A stretch of DNA of 64,000 nt from sequence record OM982647; one strand, given 5' to 3'. The notes under the pieces were generated by a model. It was not told where the DNA came from. It saw only the letters and a list, made by a program, of their open reading frames with translations, and did no database searches. Position numbers and translations under genes: made by a program. Shown here in pieces: positions 1 to 9,824 of this stretch. Position 1 is the first letter of the stretch. Every line of letters begins with the position of its first letter. This DNA comes from Escherichia phage ST2.

Positions 1-710
1 AGAAATCCTTTAACATAATCAAAATCACGTTCAAACACATGGGCACTTACCATGGTATGAGTATAATCACCAACTTCTACACCACATTCGTTAGCGATAT
101 AATGAAGTAATTTTCCTTGGAGATAAAAATCCAGCTGCATAACAACAGCACAGTTCTGGGAACGCATATGACAGTGGGTATAAAGCTTACCATCGCGAAT
201 ATAATAAGTCACTGAGTCAGTACATGGATATTCAAGCGTTTCGTCCGAATCAAGCAAAGCCTGATCAGAACTTTCTAGAATTTGGAACACAACTCTTCGA
301 GAGTTAGGCTTCTCTTTAAGTTCTTTTAGAAGAGCTGGTAATTGGGCCGCAATGCGAGGACCATAGAAAGTGTTGAAGTTCGCCGGCAAAACATCTGATT
401 TTGGTTTAGAAATAAATTTAGCGACATTAGGATATGCCTTAAACGCTTCTTCTGCGTTGGTACCACCAGAAATCATAAACTTCCAGAAGTCTTCGGCATA
501 TTCATAAGAGATGCGGTTAATACGTGGATCGGTCATTTTGAATGATGATGGAGTGTCAACAACTACTGTCATAGACCCAATTTCATTACAACGTCCAATA
601 CGAGAATCAGTTACGAATTCCGGGTTTTCTAAAATTTCACGATTGACTGCTTTAAATGCGGCTTGAAAATCTGCGGCTTTGATATATTTCATTGTGTTAT
701 GTTTTCCCAT
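1..710 (-). CDS. 42: dCMP hydroxymethylase-like enzyme (thymidylate synthase fold), N-terminal part; gene continues past window start
   Basis: Minus-strand ORF open to position 1, ATG at 708-710; TS/dCMP-HMase-like motifs (NSRRVVFQI, YPCTDSV, MRSQN); position matches T4 gene 42. Confidence 0.75.
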   Translation of the reverse strand, partial: MGKHNTMKYIKAADFQAAFKAVNREILENPEFVTDSRIGRCNEIGSMTVVVDTPSSFKMTDPRINRISYEYAEDFWKFMISGGTNAEEAFKAYPNVAKFISKPKSDVLPANFNTFYGPRIAAQLPALLKELKEKPNSRRVVFQILESSDQALLDSDETLEYPCTDSVTYYIRDGKLYTHCHMRSQNCAVVMQLDFYLQGKLLHYIANECGVEVGDYTHTMVSAHVFERDFDYVKGF

Positions 711-751
711 GTTTACCTCAATACAGTTATTATATACTCAATTCATAAAGC

Positions 752-991
752 TTATTTGAATTTCTTAGCGATGTTGATATAACGTAGAGCTTCGGCATCG
801 ATACTTCTAAGAACACTATGAAGAAATGCATCAGCGTAGTATTCCAATTGAACAGGTTCTTTAATCACTTTAGCCGCTTTGGTTTCAAACAGGCCCATCA
901 GGGCCTTTTTAAGAATTTGTTCGTTAGTGTTCAGTTTTATAGTCAAAATCTCTTCGTTAAGTTTATAATTAAAACTTTTTCTAGAAATCAT
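752..991 (-). CDS. hypothetical protein (79 aa)
   Basis: Track ORF in same-strand array; start overlaps stop of upstream gene. Confidence 0.45.
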   Translation of the reverse strand: MISRKSFNYKLNEEILTIKLNTNEQILKKALMGLFETKAAKVIKEPVQLEYYADAFLHSVLRSIDAEALRYINIAKKFK

Positions 992-2157
992 TCCGGGTAC
1001 CTCAAAGCGTCATCAGAGTTAGTTATATCAATAATAGATATGGAGTTTTCTGCTAACCCGTTTTTAGATAATTGACGTTTATAATACCTTTCACAATATG
1101 TACACGTTGACCCACAGATTTCATTAGCACAATCAAAATCTGGATGTCTGAACCACCTTTTTTCTAAAAAGCCATCTAACAAAGAGGTTTCAATATTTAC
1201 TGTATGTGAAAACTCAGTCTCATTTTCAAGAGTGAAAATAGTCTCTAAAGGCTTCCACAGTTCTAACAAATTACCTTCAAACTTTTCAGAAGCGTATGCT
1301 TCAAGAACTTTCAAAATGTAGTCTGTGCTACCTGTACGTCCTGAAACTTTGAATTGAGTGATACCAATATCATTATAAAGTTTCAAATCTTGAGGACGAA
1401 CAAAACGAGTTCTCAACCAGTTAAATGGGTCTGTATCACGAGCTTTAATACAGTGCTGCATTGGATATCCATTTAAGGATTTAGCATCATCAGCTGTAAC
1501 ATCAGTACTATGGAAAATATAGCAAGAGTCACGATAGCTACAATGTGTTGTATACCCTTTACCAGCATTAGAACAGAACTCATTTACAAGAACTTCAAAT
1601 ATTATATTATTCTTATTGCAAAACTCTGCTGCACGCTTCAGGAAAGAAACTGAACGGTTCTTATGAATTCCGCAACAGACCTTTTTGATATTATATTGGT
1701 CATGCAAGTATTTGATTTGAGTTACAGCATCGACATGTAGAATTGTTGAAACTTCAATCTCAATGTCTTTATTGACTTCACGAACAATTTCCATAACAAC
1801 AGGGTTAGCGATAGTAATACGCCATACGCCTATTGACCAAAGATACTGAACATAATCCTGAATAGCTTTCTTCTTCCACTCAACTAGTTCTCTTTTTGAA
1901 CCAGGATTTATCGTGTTGAGTGTATAGTTAAAGCAAATACCTAATTCGTTACAACGTTTAACGTAATCTTCTAACATCTTTTTGTCAACGTCAGGAAGCC
2001 TAAAATCAGGTCTGGCTGCTACAAAAGCCATTTCTCTTGTAGAGCCGTATACTTCGTTTATCAAGCTATTAGGATAAGTGTTATTGAGCTCTACGATTTT
2101 ATCAAGAAGAGCTAAATCAAAATTCGTTCCAATTTTAAAAGTATTCATTTTTTGCAT
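988..2157 (-). CDS. peptidase-U32-family-like protein with Cys cluster
   Basis: 389 aa; TIM-barrel-like N-terminus; motifs EFCSNAGKGYTTHCSY and NGYPMQHCIKAR resemble U32 Cys signature; C-terminal CANEICGSTCTYC cluster. Confidence 0.5.
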   Translation of the reverse strand: MQKMNTFKIGTNFDLALLDKIVELNNTYPNSLINEVYGSTREMAFVAARPDFRLPDVDKKMLEDYVKRCNELGICFNYTLNTINPGSKRELVEWKKKAIQDYVQYLWSIGVWRITIANPVVMEIVREVNKDIEIEVSTILHVDAVTQIKYLHDQYNIKKVCCGIHKNRSVSFLKRAAEFCNKNNIIFEVLVNEFCSNAGKGYTTHCSYRDSCYIFHSTDVTADDAKSLNGYPMQHCIKARDTDPFNWLRTRFVRPQDLKLYNDIGITQFKVSGRTGSTDYILKVLEAYASEKFEGNLLELWKPLETIFTLENETEFSHTVNIETSLLDGFLEKRWFRHPDFDCANEICGSTCTYCERYYKRQLSKNGLAENSISIIDITNSDDALRYPE

Positions 2158-2203
2158 CTCACGTTAATTGATGCGATGGTTTTTGCAGGTCTTACTTAAA
2201 TTA

Positions 2204-2590
2204 TTATAGATTCGGTTTATATGATTTAAATGTTTCGAATTCGCCTTTATTCATAAGAGCTTTGAATTCGTCAGGACGCATAGCTTTGTCGTCGATAATC
2301 CAATCATATACTGGTTTATGTGTTAGCAAATTATGGTACTTCAAGCCAATGTTTGCCAAGTTCTGAATCAGACTTGGGAGAATGTCAATTGCTATACGAC
2401 CAGGACCTACTGACTTCATACCGCGAGCAGTGTAAAGCGTTATGGTATGCCCTGCATCATACAGGGCATTAATGGCAGACACCATTTCGACGTCTGGTTT
2501 GAAGTTCACGTAATCACGATTGTTATTCCACTCTGTTATACAATCATCGACATCAAAATAAAGATTAAGCATGTTTTCTACACGGTGCAT
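2204..2590 (-). CDS. HAD-superfamily phosphatase (putative sugar-phosphate phosphatase)
   Basis: HAD motif I FDVDDCIT, motif II LYTARG; ATG at 2588-2590 overlaps upstream stop (TAATG). Confidence 0.6.
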   Translation of the reverse strand: MHRVENMLNLYFDVDDCITEWNNNRDYVNFKPDVEMVSAINALYDAGHTITLYTARGMKSVGPGRIAIDILPSLIQNLANIGLKYHNLLTHKPVYDWIIDDKAMRPDEFKALMNKGEFETFKSYKPNL

Positions 2591-4275
2591 TAGATTCGTT
2601 CCCATTGATGAGTGATATCGCCACCGATTGGACGATAAGAAACGCCAGTTTCTTTATCAGTTAGTACCCATTTACCAGGATTTTTTGTAATCAGAGTAGC
2701 CGTTACAGGTTCTGCTACGTCATAACTAATAGAGCCGTCCTGAAGTACACGGCCCATGTTACGTAATTGCTTAGTCAGAAGTTCCATACCTTTATAATAT
2801 GCGGCTACCGCTTTAAGTGGATTATTCTTGAAATAACCACCTAATGCAATCCAGATAATTGCCACTGCCAAATGATGATACTCGTTAAACGAACTCATCT
2901 TTCCATATTTGTAAACTAATGGATTGATGTTAATAGTCACATTACAAGTTGTTTCATCAATAGTAAACTGTCCCCAGGTCGGATTAGCGTTGAATTCATC
3001 ATAACCAGAAACAGCATAAAGCACTTTAGCTTCATCATACAATTTTGGCCCGTAAATCTTGGTTTCGCCAAAATATCCACGAGGGTCGATAAACTTGACT
3101 TCACCGTTATCAGTAATCATAGTATTACTGAAGTTCGGGTCACCATGAATAACAGAGTACTGACCCTGAGAACGGTTATGATAACGAATAAGGTGTTCTA
3201 AAGCTTGTTTCAGCATTGGCTTCAGACGCCCAATCTTAGTGTAGTTCACGTGTGTGATTTTACCAAATGAATCAATCAATGGTTGAATGCTTTCACAACG
3301 ATCAATAACTTTCGTATAGAATTCTTTAGTGAAATCACGACGAACAGTTTCAGGACTTACAAAATAAGTGTCTGTGCTGAATTTCAGTGCATCTAAAATT
3401 GCATCAACAATTTGTGGACGAGCAAGACTTGATTTGGATTTAATATATTCAAATGCCGGCTTACCTTTAATGCGTTCCATTTCAAAGTTATTTTCATTAA
3501 CAGAAACTAACTGAGGGACTGAATCTGATTTCACTTTAAGATACCATGAAATCTCATCTTTTTGAAGAGCTCGACCCTGTTCGGTTAATGCGAATTTAGT
3601 TACAGTTTCTTCACCAATTTCAACTGCATTAAAACTACGATTAAGTTCACGAACTTCATGAGCTTTTTCAAGTTTAGGCATATCACCTAAATCAATTAGA
3701 TTCATAAGCTCTGATTTATTGAATGCGCTGCCGTAAAGGAATTCTACGAAATCACGTCCTTTGCAGTATTCATGAATTTCCTCATCGGTAGAACCCATAT
3801 AGAATTCCCAGTCTTTGAACTGATAAATTCCTACAACATTACCACCTGTTGAACCTACGTTAATGATATTTTCACCGTCGAAATTATATCGACATTCGTC
3901 ACCCTTAACATAGATTGCGTTAACATTCCAAGACCATGAACCAAAATCAGGAATAATATCACACCAGTTAACAATTACATTATGGCCGTCTAAATCTTTG
4001 TGTAATTTAGCAAGAGCATAAGCAGATCCATACGCTTCATCAACTGTGCGAATAGTCACATTGAACCCTTCTTGCTCACAATAAGCTCGAACAGTTTCAG
4101 CAAATTTTGAATGAACTACTACAATAATTTCATCTGCGCCAAGGTCAGAATAAATTGTATACAAATTGCTCAGAATAGTGTCTTGTTTATAGTTAACAAG
4201 CACCTTAGGAATATGATGCGTTATTGGATATAAACGAGTTGCCAATCCAGCACCAAGAATAACAGCTTTTTTCAT
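2590..4275 (-). CDS. bifunctional sugar-1-phosphate nucleotidyltransferase / APH-fold anomeric sugar kinase
   Basis: 561 aa; N-terminal MKKAVILGAGLATRL (NTP-transferase G-x-G-x-R); C-terminal HGDPNFSNTMI ... KFIDPRG (kinase catalytic loop and metal-binding motif). Confidence 0.7.
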   Translation of the reverse strand: MKKAVILGAGLATRLYPITHHIPKVLVNYKQDTILSNLYTIYSDLGADEIIVVVHSKFAETVRAYCEQEGFNVTIRTVDEAYGSAYALAKLHKDLDGHNVIVNWCDIIPDFGSWSWNVNAIYVKGDECRYNFDGENIINVGSTGGNVVGIYQFKDWEFYMGSTDEEIHEYCKGRDFVEFLYGSAFNKSELMNLIDLGDMPKLEKAHEVRELNRSFNAVEIGEETVTKFALTEQGRALQKDEISWYLKVKSDSVPQLVSVNENNFEMERIKGKPAFEYIKSKSSLARPQIVDAILDALKFSTDTYFVSPETVRRDFTKEFYTKVIDRCESIQPLIDSFGKITHVNYTKIGRLKPMLKQALEHLIRYHNRSQGQYSVIHGDPNFSNTMITDNGEVKFIDPRGYFGETKIYGPKLYDEAKVLYAVSGYDEFNANPTWGQFTIDETTCNVTININPLVYKYGKMSSFNEYHHLAVAIIWIALGGYFKNNPLKAVAAYYKGMELLTKQLRNMGRVLQDGSISYDVAEPVTATLITKNPGKWVLTDKETGVSYRPIGGDITHQWERI

Positions 4276-4316
4276 GTTGAAGTCCTCATTGGTAAGTAGG
4301 AGTATTGTACACTATT

Positions 4317-4460
4317 CTAGTTAAAGCATTCATACTTTGCTTGTAGTCCAATCATAATCCATCCAATTACAAGTGTTGGAATCATTACTGGAGCCGTTAA
4401 GCTCCAGTAGATAGTCATGACAAACATCAATAGTAAAAGTCCTATTGTTATTGATTTCAT
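4317..4460 (-). CDS. small hydrophobic membrane peptide (47 aa), not in ORF track
   Basis: ATG at 4458-4460 overlaps stop of SIS gene (ATGA); translation MKSITIGLLLLMFVMTIYWSLTAPVMIPTLVIGWIMIGLQAKYECFN; occupies imm position. Confidence 0.35.
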   Translation of the reverse strand: MKSITIGLLLLMFVMTIYWSLTAPVMIPTLVIGWIMIGLQAKYECFN

Positions 4461-5092
4461 TGTTCGCCTCGTAACATGGCACCTAGTGCACCGCCAGGGT
4501 GGAACTTAAGGAAGTCATTAGAGGTAAATCCACGTTCAGACGAAAGGTTGATAGCAAACGTATCGATAAGCGCTAACAACAATGTAGTGGACATAGTCGG
4601 AGCTAAAGAGTTCTCGTCAACTTCTACCGCGATACCGGTACAGAACGTATAATCAAAAAGAGCTTCGTATTCTTGTGGAATGTCAGGGTTACAATGTAAC
4701 AGAATCTGTTTAACCTGAGGACGAATCATACGAAGATGCTTAGCCACGCCTATCATTTCTTCAGTTTTACCAGAACGACTAATATGAATCAACACATCAT
4801 TAGGCGCAATGAATCCTGCATCACCGTGAGAATAATGCCCGGTGTTCAAGTACATACTCGGGATACCGAGTGAAGCAAATGTCTCAGAAGCTTTAGTTGC
4901 AATATTAGCATTCTTACCAACACCTGTAATAATTACTCGGCTTTCATAATTACTAAGTCCCGGGCGTCGAAGAGTTTCTAGAATAGCATTATAACGAGCA
5001 GGGTTTTGACTAATTACTTTGGCCATAGCGGCCAAAGAAGAAGCTTGTTTTATGATTGCGTCAATAGCGATAGTAATAGGAGTAGTTTTCAT
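4457..5092 (-). CDS. SIS-domain sugar-phosphate isomerase (arabinose-5-phosphate isomerase KdsD/GutQ-like, no CBS domains)
   Basis: 211 aa; SIS motifs VIITGVGKNANIA, HISRSGKT, C-terminal RGFTSNDFLKFHPGGALG typical of KdsD. Confidence 0.7.
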   Translation of the reverse strand: MKTTPITIAIDAIIKQASSLAAMAKVISQNPARYNAILETLRRPGLSNYESRVIITGVGKNANIATKASETFASLGIPSMYLNTGHYSHGDAGFIAPNDVLIHISRSGKTEEMIGVAKHLRMIRPQVKQILLHCNPDIPQEYEALFDYTFCTGIAVEVDENSLAPTMSTTLLLALIDTFAINLSSERGFTSNDFLKFHPGGALGAMLRGEQ

Positions 5093-5132
5093 ATTTCTCT
5101 CATTTAATTAGTTTACCGTCCATGACATTATA

Positions 5133-7844
5133 TCAAAAATCGAACATATCGAACAGAGATGCTTTCTTCTCGTAATCGAGTTTCGCTGCTGATGTGAATC
5201 CTTCAAGTGGTTTAATAAATGTCTTCTCAAGGAGAACAGTGTAGTCCATCCAATGAAGTACATCGTCTTTAATTAAATCTGTGATTTCAGTACCAGAAGG
5301 CCATGCGATACATTTATCACCGAATGGGTTTCCTTCGCGTAAAGGCAGAACATATACTTTTTCACCTTCTACAACTTGTGGAGCATCGATATTACCTTTG
5401 ATAGCTCGGTTATATGTCAGAATTCCACGAATATGGAACGGGCATTTGGGACCAGGGAATCCACCAACGTCATATTTAGCAATGTTATTCGCAGAAGATA
5501 CCGACGCGATGCTAATATAATTCAATTGACGGAATTCTTTTTCAAACTCTTTAAAATATTCTTGTAATGATTCTTCACCTTCTTGAAGCATACGACGAAT
5601 ACATTCTTTAAGAGCTTTCTGTACTGCTTTAGGGGTCGAAGATTTCTGAGTCTCTAGACCCATGATTTTGAGTTTAGGCTCAGCGTAACGAGTACCTTCC
5701 ATATCCCACACGTTTAATGCATAACGTTTCTTACCGGTCCAGAATCCACCAATACCTTTAGAACCGAGCGGAGGACCAGCGATAGCTTCTCGGTCCATGA
5801 ACATTAAGTGTTGTTTATTGTTCATGTATTCACACATTTCACGGAAACCTCTATCAATAGCTGGTTCCATACGTTCACGTGCAAACTTATCTAAGAAGTC
5901 TACCCAATGGTTAGTATCACGGAATTTAGATTCGCCAACCTTATCAATAATTTTATCTGCAGATACATAAATGGAGTCTGTATCACCATATAGAACGAAA
6001 GCTTCGCCTTCTGTACCACAAACTTCATTCAGATATTCATTAACTTTACGTTCAATCCACTGTAAAGCCATTTGACCAAATGTTGTGATTGCAGTTGCAT
6101 TACGCAAATCGTAATAACGGAACCAAACGTTTCCAAGTGCACCATAAAGAGAGTTGATGAGCAATTTACGGTTAATCTGTGCAGTCATACCTGCAACTTC
6201 AGTACGTTGAGCTCTAAACAACATTTCATTAAGAGATTTAGCAGACAACTTTTTAATCTTTTCTTTAATCTCGTCAGTGAAGTCGAAACGATAATCAACA
6301 TCTAATGGTTCATCAACAGAAAGATTAGGATTATGCAAGGCCTCTTTAATTATTTCACCATTACGTTGAGCTGCAAGCATGTAACCTTTATGTTCTTTAC
6401 GTTGATTAAAGACCTTAGTGATTTCAGTTGGAACTACACCATCACGGTCTTTATAATACATCATGCCGTTAGGAGAACAACTGTACACATCAGAAGGACG
6501 TTCAGCAACAGCGTTAATATAATCATGCAGCGGAGCTACTTTAAACGTTCCTGCTATTGTTTCCGGGCTAATATTCACTTGGCGAATAATACTTGGATAC
6601 AGAGATGTAAGGTCGAAACTCATTACATATTTGTATCGATTTGGAATAGGTTCCTTAACAAAAGCGCCAGGATAAGGTTGAACCGGGTGAGAACGACCTT
6701 GTGGAATCACCTTGTTCTGCTCTTTAAGGCTATTAAAAATAATAGCATCCCATGTTTTAATTGGACTGAACACAGATTGAATCTGAATTTTAGCATAATA
6801 ACCCATGTCCAAACTCAAGTTGATGAACTGACGCTTAGCATCGATTTGCAATACACGATACACGTCGATAATGTTATAAGAAATATATCGTTGGTGATTG
6901 CTTTCACGAAGCTTAGAAATAGGGCCGTCATATTTCAGTTTACCGACATTCAATTCAAATTCTGAAATGTAATCCAGAGAATACGACGGTTGGTTTGTGA
7001 AAGAGAATTTTTTGTAAAGGTCAATGTAATCAAGAACAGAGATACCGAACAATGTAATGATTTCACGAGAACCATACATGTTTTCGATAACTTTAACACG
7101 AGTTTTACGATGTGGTGACAACCGTTTCGCAGTAGATTCGCCAAAAATATTCTTGATTCTGTTATACACATATGGAATATCAAATGACTCAACGTTCCAT
7201 CCAGTCAAAATGACAGGAGTTTTCTGTTGCCAGAAGTTGAGATATTCCATCAATAATTCTTTTTCATTATCAAACGGCATATAAACGATTTTGTCGATAA
7301 TTTCGGATGGAACTTCATCACCACCTTGTTCTTGAAGCTTAGCCGCAATTTCGATAGACCATTCTTCTACATTACCATATGGAGAATTCAATAGATCAAA
7401 TACGTAGAACCTGTCGTCAATTGAGTCATAATGGGTGATAGCATCAATAGGATGTTTTGCTTGTGACGGCTCAGGGAACCCGTCCGGAGATGTTACTTCG
7501 ATGTCGAAGTTAGCCACACGAATTTTTGTATGGTCGTATTTGATTTCATAGTTATAAGTGTCAGACAAATACGCCAATTTAAAATCGTCCATGCCAAGTG
7601 CTTCAAGTCCGATATCTTCCATGCGTTTAATCCATTGGGAGGCATCACGCATATTAGCGAACAACTTACGAGTACACGGTTTACCGTAGATATCGAAATA
7701 TTTCGTAGCCTGACTTTCTGGACAATGAGCAAACAGTGATGGTTTATATTCTACTTCACGAGTACGTTCACGGCCATTAGAATCGATGTAACGTTCAAAA
7801 ATTGAATCACCAATCTGTTCAACCGTTAAGTAAAATTCTTTCAT
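5133..7844 (-). CDS. 43: DNA polymerase (B family) gp43
   Basis: 903 aa; exonuclease motif ANFDIEV and polymerase motif YGDTDS; T4 gp43 size and position. Confidence 0.97.
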   Translation of the reverse strand: MKEFYLTVEQIGDSIFERYIDSNGRERTREVEYKPSLFAHCPESQATKYFDIYGKPCTRKLFANMRDASQWIKRMEDIGLEALGMDDFKLAYLSDTYNYEIKYDHTKIRVANFDIEVTSPDGFPEPSQAKHPIDAITHYDSIDDRFYVFDLLNSPYGNVEEWSIEIAAKLQEQGGDEVPSEIIDKIVYMPFDNEKELLMEYLNFWQQKTPVILTGWNVESFDIPYVYNRIKNIFGESTAKRLSPHRKTRVKVIENMYGSREIITLFGISVLDYIDLYKKFSFTNQPSYSLDYISEFELNVGKLKYDGPISKLRESNHQRYISYNIIDVYRVLQIDAKRQFINLSLDMGYYAKIQIQSVFSPIKTWDAIIFNSLKEQNKVIPQGRSHPVQPYPGAFVKEPIPNRYKYVMSFDLTSLYPSIIRQVNISPETIAGTFKVAPLHDYINAVAERPSDVYSCSPNGMMYYKDRDGVVPTEITKVFNQRKEHKGYMLAAQRNGEIIKEALHNPNLSVDEPLDVDYRFDFTDEIKEKIKKLSAKSLNEMLFRAQRTEVAGMTAQINRKLLINSLYGALGNVWFRYYDLRNATAITTFGQMALQWIERKVNEYLNEVCGTEGEAFVLYGDTDSIYVSADKIIDKVGESKFRDTNHWVDFLDKFARERMEPAIDRGFREMCEYMNNKQHLMFMDREAIAGPPLGSKGIGGFWTGKKRYALNVWDMEGTRYAEPKLKIMGLETQKSSTPKAVQKALKECIRRMLQEGEESLQEYFKEFEKEFRQLNYISIASVSSANNIAKYDVGGFPGPKCPFHIRGILTYNRAIKGNIDAPQVVEGEKVYVLPLREGNPFGDKCIAWPSGTEITDLIKDDVLHWMDYTVLLEKTFIKPLEGFTSAAKLDYEKKASLFDMFDF

Positions 7845-7891
7845 TTAATTTCCTTTAGACGAGTTATTGTCTTTTGTTTGTTGATGAACTT

Positions 7892-7919
7892 ATTATACTC
7901 CAAATGGGACCGAAGTCCC
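7892..7919 (-). promoter_or_regulatory. stem-loop (GGGACTTCGGTCCC) followed by TATAAT-like -10 upstream of gene 43; regA terminator / gene 43 promoter composite
   Basis: Hairpin 7906-7919 sits 7 nt after regA stop; TATAAT (minus) at 7892-7897, about 48 nt before gene 43 ATG. Confidence 0.4.
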
Positions 7920-7925
7920 ATTGCT

Positions 7926-8294
7926 TTAATTACCAATTGTATATTTTGCTTTCAAAGTCCAGTCATCTTTCTGTTTAAAAGAGATAACTCGGAAGTTATT
8001 AGTCAGGCTAAATAGATCTTCACGAGCAGAGTCTTCAATAACAATCAATCCCCAGTCTTCAAGCAACTGAGCAATCGAATCGCGTCGTTGGTAGTCTTCA
8101 CCATCGATATCAACCTGACGTCCGTCCATACGCAACATTTCTTTAAAGTGGACGATGTAGTATTTACCTTGCTTTTGGAGGATATGACAAGACTGGTAAA
8201 GGACTTTATCCTTATTATTAGCGATCCCCATACGGGTCAAAGTCTCTTTGACTTTCAGAAAATCTTCTGGGTTCTTCAATTTAATTTCGATCAT
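7926..8294 (-). CDS. regA: translational repressor RegA
   Basis: Matches T4 RegA from MIEIKLK (ATG 8292-8294); upstream in-frame Met likely not used. Confidence 0.9.
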   Translation of the reverse strand: MIEIKLKNPEDFLKVKETLTRMGIANNKDKVLYQSCHILQKQGKYYIVHFKEMLRMDGRQVDIDGEDYQRRDSIAQLLEDWGLIVIEDSAREDLFSLTNNFRVISFKQKDDWTLKAKYTIGN

Positions 8295-8296
8295 TT

Positions 8297-8860
8297 TTAC
8301 CATTCCAATGCTAATTTTTTAAATTGTTTTTGTTCTTTCACATTTTTTGTAACTTCTTTGAGAAACTCATCAGTGACCATGGCCTTCAGTTCTTTAAGGA
8401 CTATTGGCAACTTGTTATTTTTTTCAAGGAGCCGCTTATACTCGGTAGCATCATTCATGTTGATTGTGTAACGTTTCATCAACAGTTTGATAACTAGTAA
8501 CTCTGAAGTGTCTTCGACTAGTTTAGCCCATTTAGAGAATCGACGACCACGCGGAATTGCCGCCATCATGTAGTTGAAGTGCGCTTCATCACTTAATTCA
8601 GAACCGACTAAGTTCATCATGTAAACAGCTGGCATACATTCCGGGAACTGGGATAATGAGTTCTCAACCATAAATTTTGAGTAGTCGACCTGAGCAATTA
8701 ACATAGATTTCTTTTCATTAATAGCATTAATGATTTTAAAGAATTCATTCTCAGGTTTTTCTTTAAACATGTCAGCACATTTTTGAATCGCATCAGCGTC
8801 ATTAGACTTCCATGCGATTTGGTGCTCGTTAAGTTGGACTTCATCATCAAATAAGTTCAT
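8297..8860 (-). CDS. 62: clamp loader small subunit gp62
   Basis: 187 aa, T4 gp62-like sequence and position. Confidence 0.93.
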   Translation of the reverse strand: MNLFDDEVQLNEHQIAWKSNDADAIQKCADMFKEKPENEFFKIINAINEKKSMLIAQVDYSKFMVENSLSQFPECMPAVYMMNLVGSELSDEAHFNYMMAAIPRGRRFSKWAKLVEDTSELLVIKLLMKRYTINMNDATEYKRLLEKNNKLPIVLKELKAMVTDEFLKEVTKNVKEQKQFKKLALEW

Positions 8861-8861
8861 A

Positions 8862-9824
8862 TTATTTCCAAGTCAGTTCGCAGGTCAGTTGAAGAAGCAT
8901 ATACATAACATGTAATTCAATATTACTTGCTAATCCATGAAACTTATTATTTTCGCCTGCAATTTCGTAAAGCGAAATAATACTTTTACCGGGTGCAACT
9001 TGGTCATAACATTCTGAAACTAATTTATCGATGAACCATGAATAATCTGCAGCATATTTTGGAGCTAATGCACGAAGCTGTTTGATATCTTTGTTCTTCA
9101 TTGCTTCGATAACATCAGAGACTGTGCCACGGTCATTAGTTACGATAGACAGAATACCTGCATCAAGAACACCTTTAGACGAGTACTGGTCTAATTGTCC
9201 AATTGTACGACGAAAGTCCGGGAAGTTCTTTTTAACCAGAGCTGCAACAACTTTCATATCAGCGATTTCGATATTTTCATTCTTACAGATTTCAACCATA
9301 CGGTGAATCATTTTCTTCATCATCGAGATTTTATCTTCTTCGGTTGGACGACCGAATTCGATAACTCGACAACGACTACGTAACGGTTCGATAATTCCAT
9401 CGATGTTGTTGGCAGTAATAATAATAGAACAGTTACTAGAGAATTCTTCCATAAACGTACGAAGGTGGCGTTGTGATTCGGCGAGGCCACTACGGTCAAA
9501 TTCATCGATAACGATAACTTTCGGCTTGCCTTCCATTGAGACTGAACGAGCGAATGCAGTTAACGGACCGCGTACAAAATCAATCTTACAATCAGAACCG
9601 TTGACGAACATCATTTCGGCATTGATATCATTACATAATGCTTTTGCTACGGTTGTTTTACCTGTGCCAGGAGAAGGAGAGTGCAAAATAATATGAGGAA
9701 GTTTTCCTTTAGATACTAAAGACTTGAATGTTTCATGGTCATACGCAGGCAGAATACATTCGTCAATGGAAGAAGGACGATATTTCTGTTCTAGAATGTG
9801 TTCTTTGGAATTGATAGTAATCAT
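8862..9824 (-). CDS. 44: clamp loader large subunit gp44 (AAA+)
   Basis: 320 aa; Walker [11 protein letters not shown]; T4 order 45-44-62-regA-43. Confidence 0.95.
   Translation of the reverse strand: MITINSKEHILEQKYRPSSIDECILPAYDHETFKSLVSKGKLPHIILHSPSPGTGKTTVAKALCNDINAEMMFVNGSDCKIDFVRGPLTAFARSVSMEGKPKVIVIDEFDRSGLAESQRHLRTFMEEFSSNCSIIITANNIDGIIEPLRSRCRVIEFGRPTEEDKISMMKKMIHRMVEICKNENIEIADMKVVAALVKKNFPDFRRTIGQLDQYSSKGVLDAGILSIVTNDRGTVSDVIEAMKNKDIKQLRALAPKYAADYSWFIDKLVSECYDQVAPGKSIISLYEIAGENNKFHGLASNIELHVMYMLLQLTCELTWK

Noticed and set aside
752-5092. Cassette as a Kdo (CMP-Kdo) or ADP/GDP-heptose pathway
   Set aside because: No KdsA-like Kdo-8-P synthase is present, and the kinase domain is APH/ChoK-like rather than the ribokinase or GHMP type used for heptose. 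The SIS C-terminal motif matches arabinose-5-P isomerases, so a pentose (arabinose) route is more parsimonious, though not proven.
6333-6965. 210-aa plus-strand ORF (and similar plus-strand ORFs at 6072-6305, 7057-7284, 12469-12903, 44252-44713, 46148-46666, 46533-47006, 47607-48110, 38608-38949)
   Set aside because: They lie antisense inside well-supported minus-strand genes (gp43, gp46, the paralog trio and others), have low-complexity or odd composition and no ribosome-binding context; they are shadow ORFs.
7892-7919. Hairpin upstream of gene 43 as the gp43 translational operator
   Set aside because: It lies upstream of the TATAAT-like -10 and immediately after the regA stop, so it is probably outside the gene 43 mRNA leader; it is better read as a regA terminator/promoter-spacer stem-loop. 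An operator may exist in the 48-nt leader but I cannot define it by eye.
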